A program made the position numbers and the translations under genes. The notes under the pieces were generated by a model. The model ran no database searches. It was not told the DNA's origin and worked only from the letters and a program-made list of their open reading frames with translations. From the NCBI GenBank assembly GCA_037441475.1, contig JBBISB010000001.1, positions 156,418 through 188,417 on the forward strand: a DNA stretch of 32,000 nt, read 5' to 3'. Shown piece after piece: positions 27,269 through 32,000 of the stretch. This DNA is from Candidatus Iainarchaeum sp. (GTDB lineage: Archaea > Iainarchaeota > Iainarchaeia > Iainarchaeales > CSSED10-239). The first letter of the stretch is position 1. Each line of letters starts with the position of its first letter.

Positions 27269-29173
27269 TTAAGAAAAAAACTTAAAAATCTCCTCTTTAT
27301 ATTCCTTAGTTTTAATAAACTTAATACTTCTTGGAAGATGACGCCTGTAGTTATCCCATTCATACCTTGAGTCAAGATAAACAATTACTCCTTTATCCTT
27401 CTCACTTCTAATAACCCTACCAGCACTCTGTACAACTTTTTGTAAAGCCGGTTGAATATAAGCATACTGCCATCCTTTCTTATAGATCTTTTCATAATAA
27501 TCTATTCTTGCCTTTGTATATATCTCTAATTTAGATAAAGGAATACCAATAATAACAGCTCCTAAAAGTAAATTTCCAGGCAGGTCAATTCCTTCAGAGG
27601 CCTTTCCTCCCATAACAGCAAACAAACAAGAACCTAGAAGTCTTGAAGAGTCCTTAAATTCTGCAATCATTTTTTCAAAGTCTTCAGTTGTGCTTTCTTC
27701 CTGTTGGTATATCTTAGGCTTACTAATCTTAATATGCTTTTCAATATCCCTCATCATCTCAAAACTTGGGAAAAAAACAACAGTGTTTCCTGGTATGGAG
27801 TTTACAACATCAGAGGCAATGCCTGCAATCTTTTTATACTCGTCATGGTTTCTATTAGTAAACTTAGTTGTTACACTGTTTATTAAAATATCAAGTCTAT
27901 TTTCCTTAATGAAAGGAGAGTCATATTCTTTTAAAACAGCATTTCCCTTAAGTCCATATATCTCTTCATACATGGAAAGAGGGGTTAAGGTTCCTGACAT
28001 TAAAACTGATGAAAAACAGTTTTTAAAAACATCTTTGGTTATTTTAGACACATCAAGTGCGTTGTTTTTAAGAGCTATAATGTTATTTTCAATCTTTATA
28101 TACTTTACAAAATCCTCTTCCTTTATTAAAAACCAACTTTCTAAAAATAAAGCTAAGGTTACAAGAGAGGATCTAGTTTCACTTTTCTTTTCAACATAAG
28201 ATATACCAGCTTCTTCAATCTCCATTATCCTTTCTTCAATATCTTCAAGATATTTAGAAGGAATAATCTCATTTTCTTTAACAAACTCTTCCTTTTCATA
28301 AAGACTTTTTTTATCCTTAAACTTAAGGTGAGCTATCTCTTCTATTTTTTTAACAAAGTCTTTTAAGAAACTAACAACGTTCTTTTCATCAATCTCTTCT
28401 GCTTCCTTAATAGCTCTGTTTATTATGTTTGTGTTTATTGTTTTTGAAATAAGCTTAATTATTCTTTCTTCTAAGTTATGTGCTTCATCAACAATAACAA
28501 TTGTTTCTTTAATATCCATGTTTATTTCAGCAAGGAAGGTTGAGGATATTCTTTTTGAGAATAAATGGTTATAGTCTGCAATAACCAATTGACATTCTCT
28601 TGCAAATATCTTTGAAAATTCATAAGGGCATAATGGCATTGGTTTTCCTTTTAAGGACTTAAACTCATAGGAGATGTTTTTTGAGTTTTCTGAGGTTAGA
28701 ATGGTTAAGCCTCTATTCTCTCTCTCTATCAATTGTTCTGTAATCTCTCTTTCTGTTTTGTTAATAGGTTTTACATTCATAAAGAAAGGGCATTGTTTAT
28801 TTAGGCATGCATTTTTACAAACTTCATAAAAACCAGTCTTTACTTGTGAGATTCCAGGTTCAATACAAAGGTTTCTTTTCCCTACAAAATCAATTGCTTT
28901 TATTTTTAAGTTATACTTAAAGTTAAGTTCTCTAATAACTTCTAAGGCTATCTTATGTTGTGAGGTTTTAGGTGTTAAAAAAAGTATTTTTTTATTATTT
29001 TCAAGAGCATAACTTATGGCTGCTGAAAGAGAGGCATCTGTTTTTCCTGTTCCTGTAGGTGCATGTAATATTATGTTTTTTCTATTTTCAAAGGCTTCAA
29101 GTATGTCTATAATGATTTGTTTCTGTCCTTCTCTAAAGGAAGAATGTCTGAAGTATATTTTCTTAAGTGGCAT
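27269..29173 (-). CDS. XPD/Rad3/DinG-like superfamily 2 ATP-dependent DNA helicase
   Basis: 634 aa; FREGQKQIIIDILEAF, HAPTGTGKTDASLSAAI, Fe-S type cysteines CIEPG...CKNACLNKQCPFF, VIVDEAHNLEERI, SGTLTP, GGKASEGIDLPG, QSAGRVIRSEKDKG. Confidence 0.93.
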   Translation of the reverse strand: MPLKKIYFRHSSFREGQKQIIIDILEAFENRKNIILHAPTGTGKTDASLSAAISYALENNKKILFLTPKTSQHKIALEVIRELNFKYNLKIKAIDFVGKRNLCIEPGISQVKTGFYEVCKNACLNKQCPFFMNVKPINKTEREITEQLIERENRGLTILTSENSKNISYEFKSLKGKPMPLCPYEFSKIFARECQLVIADYNHLFSKRISSTFLAEINMDIKETIVIVDEAHNLEERIIKLISKTINTNIINRAIKEAEEIDEKNVVSFLKDFVKKIEEIAHLKFKDKKSLYEKEEFVKENEIIPSKYLEDIEERIMEIEEAGISYVEKKSETRSSLVTLALFLESWFLIKEEDFVKYIKIENNIIALKNNALDVSKITKDVFKNCFSSVLMSGTLTPLSMYEEIYGLKGNAVLKEYDSPFIKENRLDILINSVTTKFTNRNHDEYKKIAGIASDVVNSIPGNTVVFFPSFEMMRDIEKHIKISKPKIYQQEESTTEDFEKMIAEFKDSSRLLGSCLFAVMGGKASEGIDLPGNLLLGAVIIGIPLSKLEIYTKARIDYYEKIYKKGWQYAYIQPALQKVVQSAGRVIRSEKDKGVIVYLDSRYEWDNYRRHLPRSIKFIKTKEYKEEIFKFFS

Positions 29174-29345
29174 GTGTTTTCTTATAATCTTTATTTGTTT
29201 TCTTTATGTTTTTTTAAAAGAAGATATAATATATTGTTTCTAAAGTAATATATACCTTTTGTAGGTTTCTGTCTTTGATAAAATAGTTTATAAAGCTTTC
29301 TTAGGTAATATATTGATCATATATTTATAATGCGTGTGAAAAAAT

Positions 29346-30158
29346 ATGGACTTTAAAAAAATAAAATCTTTAGCTATTTATTACTTTTCAGGAACAGGAA
29401 ATACCTTCTTTATCTCTGATCTTTATAAAAAGAACTTCCTGCTTAAAAGCATCTCAGTTGATTTTCTTCCAATAGAAAGTATAGAGGTTGTTTCAAGCCA
29501 AGGAAAGTATGATATGCTTGTAATAGCTTTTCCTGTCCATGCTTTTAAAGCGCCTAAGATGGTTGAGGATTTTGTAAAATCACTTCCTTTAACAACCACT
29601 AATAAACCAGTTTTGCTTCTTGCAAGCTGTGGGGGTATGCCAGGCTCTTCTTTTAGTTTTTTAAGAAAGATTCTTTTAAAGAAAGGGTATCATGTAGCCT
29701 CTATCTTTTACTATTCAATGCCAAACAATGTTTCTTTCATGTTTTCAAAAGACTTAATACCTGAAGAAGAGATTAAACAAAAAATATATCTTGCAAAAGA
29801 AAAAATAGAAAATGACTTTAATAAGCTTTACAAGGGAGAGGAGGAGATTATTAAGTCTAATATCTTTGTAAAAGCCTTTTCAAATATTGTTTTTTATTTT
29901 TTAAAAAAATCTTTAAAAAAGAACAAATGGGTTGTTGACATGAACAAATGTACTTTATGTGAAATTTGTTCTAAAAACTGTCCAACTCAAAACATCACTG
30001 TTAAAAAACAAAAAAATGAGGTTAAGTTTTCTGATAAGTGTATAATGTGCACTAAATGTTATAACTTCTGTCCAGTTAATGCCATTAACTATAAGTCTGA
30101 AAAAACAAAAGATTATAGAAGATATTTTCTTTTTAGAAAGGATACTATAAAAAAATAA
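29346..30158 (+). CDS. EFR1-type protein: flavodoxin-like domain plus two 4Fe-4S ferredoxin clusters
   Basis: 270 aa; YYFSGTGNTFFIS flavodoxin P-loop, LLASCGGMPGSS, CTLCEICSKNCPTQNI and CIMCTKCYNFCPVNAI. Confidence 0.9.
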   Translation: MDFKKIKSLAIYYFSGTGNTFFISDLYKKNFLLKSISVDFLPIESIEVVSSQGKYDMLVIAFPVHAFKAPKMVEDFVKSLPLTTTNKPVLLLASCGGMPGSSFSFLRKILLKKGYHVASIFYYSMPNNVSFMFSKDLIPEEEIKQKIYLAKEKIENDFNKLYKGEEEIIKSNIFVKAFSNIVFYFLKKSLKKNKWVVDMNKCTLCEICSKNCPTQNITVKKQKNEVKFSDKCIMCTKCYNFCPVNAINYKSEKTKDYRRYFLFRKDTIKK

Positions 30159-30174
30159 AAAGAATGATTTATTA

Positions 30175-30465
30175 ATGAGAAAGATATTGTTAATATTATT
30201 ATTACTAATAATGCTACTGCCTTCCTTTACCTTTGCAAGGGCTTTATCCATTGATTCTTACAACATAGATTATACTTTAAACAAAGATGGAATTGTAAAT
30301 GTTTCTGAAAAATTACAGTATACCTTAAATGGATGTTACACAGAACTTTACCTTCAAAAACCAACTTCCTTAAAGATATTAAATGCAAGTGGTTTTTGTG
30401 AAGATAAAGAGTGTACCTTTAGGCATGACTTAACAAACACACCTAGAAGTAAGTTGTGTTTTTAA
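30175..30465 (+). pseudogene. DUF2207-like N-terminal fragment
   Basis: 96 aa; signal peptide MRKILLILLLLIMLLPSFTFA then ALSIDSYNIDYTLNKDGIVNVSEKLQYTLNG, the usual N-terminal strand pattern of DUF2207 proteins, ending abruptly at ...FRHDLTNTPRSKLCF*. Confidence 0.6.
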
Positions 30466-30587
30466 AAGTTATGTTTAAAGAGAAAAAAGAAGATAAAAGA
30501 TAAAAACCTTAGAGTAAAAAAGAAAAACAAAGATTAAAAAGAAAAACAAAGTATTTATAAATCAATTTCATAAATATATTTAGTATT

Positions 30588-31262
30588 ATGGTAAAGATAG
30601 ATAACTATTATAAAGTAGTTGCTTCAACTTTTGGTATTGCATACGTTATTGGTGTAATCATTGCTTTAATCTATGCATATAGAGGAGAACTAGTTGTAGA
30701 GACAAGTAAAAGCTTTATTCAAAATCTAACACTTACAAACGCCATATATTTCAAACAAACCTTATATGAAATATTTAACAACTCCTTAGATCTTTTTGTA
30801 ACACCATTTGCATACCTTGTTGCAGCTATACAGTATGCATACGTTCATGTAGATCTTTTAACATCCTCCTTTTTAGGACAAATAAAGTTATTGGTTGAAC
30901 TAATACCACAGTTTCTTTTCTTTATATCCTATATCATCTTTTCAACCTTAGGTCTTAAAACCATTTTATTAATAGTTAAAACATTTTTAAACAACTTAAT
31001 AATTAAAGAAAATAAATATAAAATAAAACAGAAGTTTTTTACAAAAGAAGATATTAAGCTATTGTATATAGCTTTACTTTCAATAGTTATAGGAACAACA
31101 ATACAAACACACTTGATAAAGGTGTTGTTTATTTTCTTTATAAACTTAAAATCAATTGCTTTTATCTTAATTGGTATTATATATTTGTTAATAGTCCTTC
31201 TTTCAGTATATATAACCTTTAAGATAGTTAGTGAATACTTAAAAACATATAAAAAAGAATAA
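30588..31262 (+). CDS. Multi-pass membrane protein of unknown function
   Basis: 224 aa with four or more hydrophobic segments; stop codon 3 nt before the HerA-like ATG (31266). Confidence 0.7.
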   Translation: MVKIDNYYKVVASTFGIAYVIGVIIALIYAYRGELVVETSKSFIQNLTLTNAIYFKQTLYEIFNNSLDLFVTPFAYLVAAIQYAYVHVDLLTSSFLGQIKLLVELIPQFLFFISYIIFSTLGLKTILLIVKTFLNNLIIKENKYKIKQKFFTKEDIKLLYIALLSIVIGTTIQTHLIKVLFIFFINLKSIAFILIGIIYLLIVLLSVYITFKIVSEYLKTYKKE

Positions 31263-31265
31263 AAT

Positions 31266-32000
31266 ATGAGTCTTGACTTTACAGATAACATTGTTGTTGG
31301 AAGAAAACAAAGCGATATTGATAAATACGCAGAAAAAGCAACAGGGTATTTAGGAAAAGTAGTTGTCTCTGGTGGAGATGATCCTGTTTTAGGTAAAAAA
31401 GTATTAATGGATCTTTCAAGATCACATGTTATGATAATCTGTGGTAAGCGTGGTGGAGGAAAGTGCGTAACTGGAGACACTTTAATAGCCTTAGAAGATG
31501 GTAGAGAGATACCTATAAAAGACTTAGAAAAAGAAAAAACAAAAATAATCTCTTTAAATCAAAATCTAAAAATAGAAAAAGGAAAAGTAGAAAAATTTTT
31601 AAAAAGAAAAGTAAATGAAATAATTGAAATTAAGCTTAGAAGTGGAAAAGAAATAAAACTTACACCAGAACACCCTCTTTTAACAGTTGAAGGATGGAAA
31701 GAAGCAAAGGAACTTAAAGTTAAATCAAGAGTAGCAACCCCTAGAAAATTAAATAACATAGGAACAGAAAAAATAGAGATTGAAAAAATAAAAATAATAG
31801 CATACCTTCTTGCAGAAGGGCATCTTTCAAACAAAGTAGTTCTTTTTTGTAATAGTGATGAAAAAATAGTTGATGACTTTAAAAAAGCAGTAAAAGACTT
31901 TGATAAAGAACTTGACTTTACAGAAATTGGAAAATACAACTATAAGGTTATATGGGATAAAGCAAAAAAAGAACATTTTCAAAAAGGGACTTTAAAAGAA
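31266..32000 (+). CDS. HerA-like (DUF87-type) ATPase interrupted by an intein; runs off right edge
   Basis: ATG at 31266; MSLDFTDNIVVGRKQSDIDKYAEKATGYLGKVVVSGGDDPVLGKKVLMDLSRSHVMIICGKRGGGK, then intein. Open to window end (not in the ORF track). Confidence 0.85.
   Translation, partial: MSLDFTDNIVVGRKQSDIDKYAEKATGYLGKVVVSGGDDPVLGKKVLMDLSRSHVMIICGKRGGGKCVTGDTLIALEDGREIPIKDLEKEKTKIISLNQNLKIEKGKVEKFLKRKVNEIIEIKLRSGKEIKLTPEHPLLTVEGWKEAKELKVKSRVATPRKLNNIGTEKIEIEKIKIIAYLLAEGHLSNKVVLFCNSDEKIVDDFKKAVKDFDKELDFTEIGKYNYKVIWDKAKKEHFQKGTLKE
31464..32000 (+). other. Intein (Hint domain plus start of LAGLIDADG endonuclease), partial
   Basis: Starts at codon 67: CVTGDTLIALEDGREIPIKDL (block A), LRSGKEIKLTPEHPLLTVEGWKEAKEL (block B), IIAYLLAEGHLS (first dodecapeptide-like helix). 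Confidence 0.93.

Noticed and set aside
27157-27384. Plus-strand 75 aa ORF overlapping the end of the helicase
   Set aside because: Mostly antisense to the helicase C-terminus with no recognisable features.
26170-30465. Simple invertible (phase-variable) segment flanked by inverted repeats
   Set aside because: No inverted repeat was seen at the two ends, and the missing parts of both truncated proteins are not found on the other side of the breakpoints.
29955-31939. Minus-strand ORFs 29955-30251, 30929-31480 and 31559-31939
   Set aside because: They lie antisense to recognisable plus-strand coding (ferredoxin domain, membrane protein, HerA/intein) and have no protein-like features.
1-32000. 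CRISPR arrays, transposases, integrases, restriction or toxin-antitoxin modules
   Set aside because: None seen. No regularly spaced repeat arrays and no ORF with recognisable mobile-element or defence motifs; the repeats present are short AT/purine tracts or protein-level repeats.

Overview
AT-rich archaeal window. The gene complement is DPANN/Woesearchaeales-Pacearchaeales-like, judged only from protein character (eL42/L44e, BHB-intron tRNA-Trp, NurA, HerA-like ATPase, XPD/Rad3-like helicase, HtpX, beta-lactamase-fold exonuclease, LemA, PEP synthase, EFR1-like flavodoxin/ferredoxin). The left 12.4 kb is a surface-protein locus on the minus strand. It holds two giant membrane-anchored proteins that share an N-terminal motif, with a pilin-like protein between them. 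Next come a small membrane protein, a winged-helix protein, a short-repeat stalk-like secreted protein and a small secreted protein. The most notable local anomalies are: (1) a sharp junction at about 26.17 kb where an opposite-strand DUF2207 C-terminal fragment abuts an N-terminally truncated Lrp-like regulator, with a DUF2207 N-terminal fragment on the other strand 4 kb away; (2) an intein inserted in the P-loop of a HerA-like ATPase running off the right edge; (3) a tRNA-Trp with a 135-nt intron that carries a second copy of its own anticodon-stem strand, complementary to the 3' splice site; (4) two conserved-looking genes broken by a single lesion (an A8-run frameshift and an in-frame TAA); (5) a recurring C-punctuated U-rich tract just after many stop codons. 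Family calls come from recognising motifs by eye, not from searches. I cannot claim a fully new system; the giant-protein/pilin-like surface locus is the best candidate.
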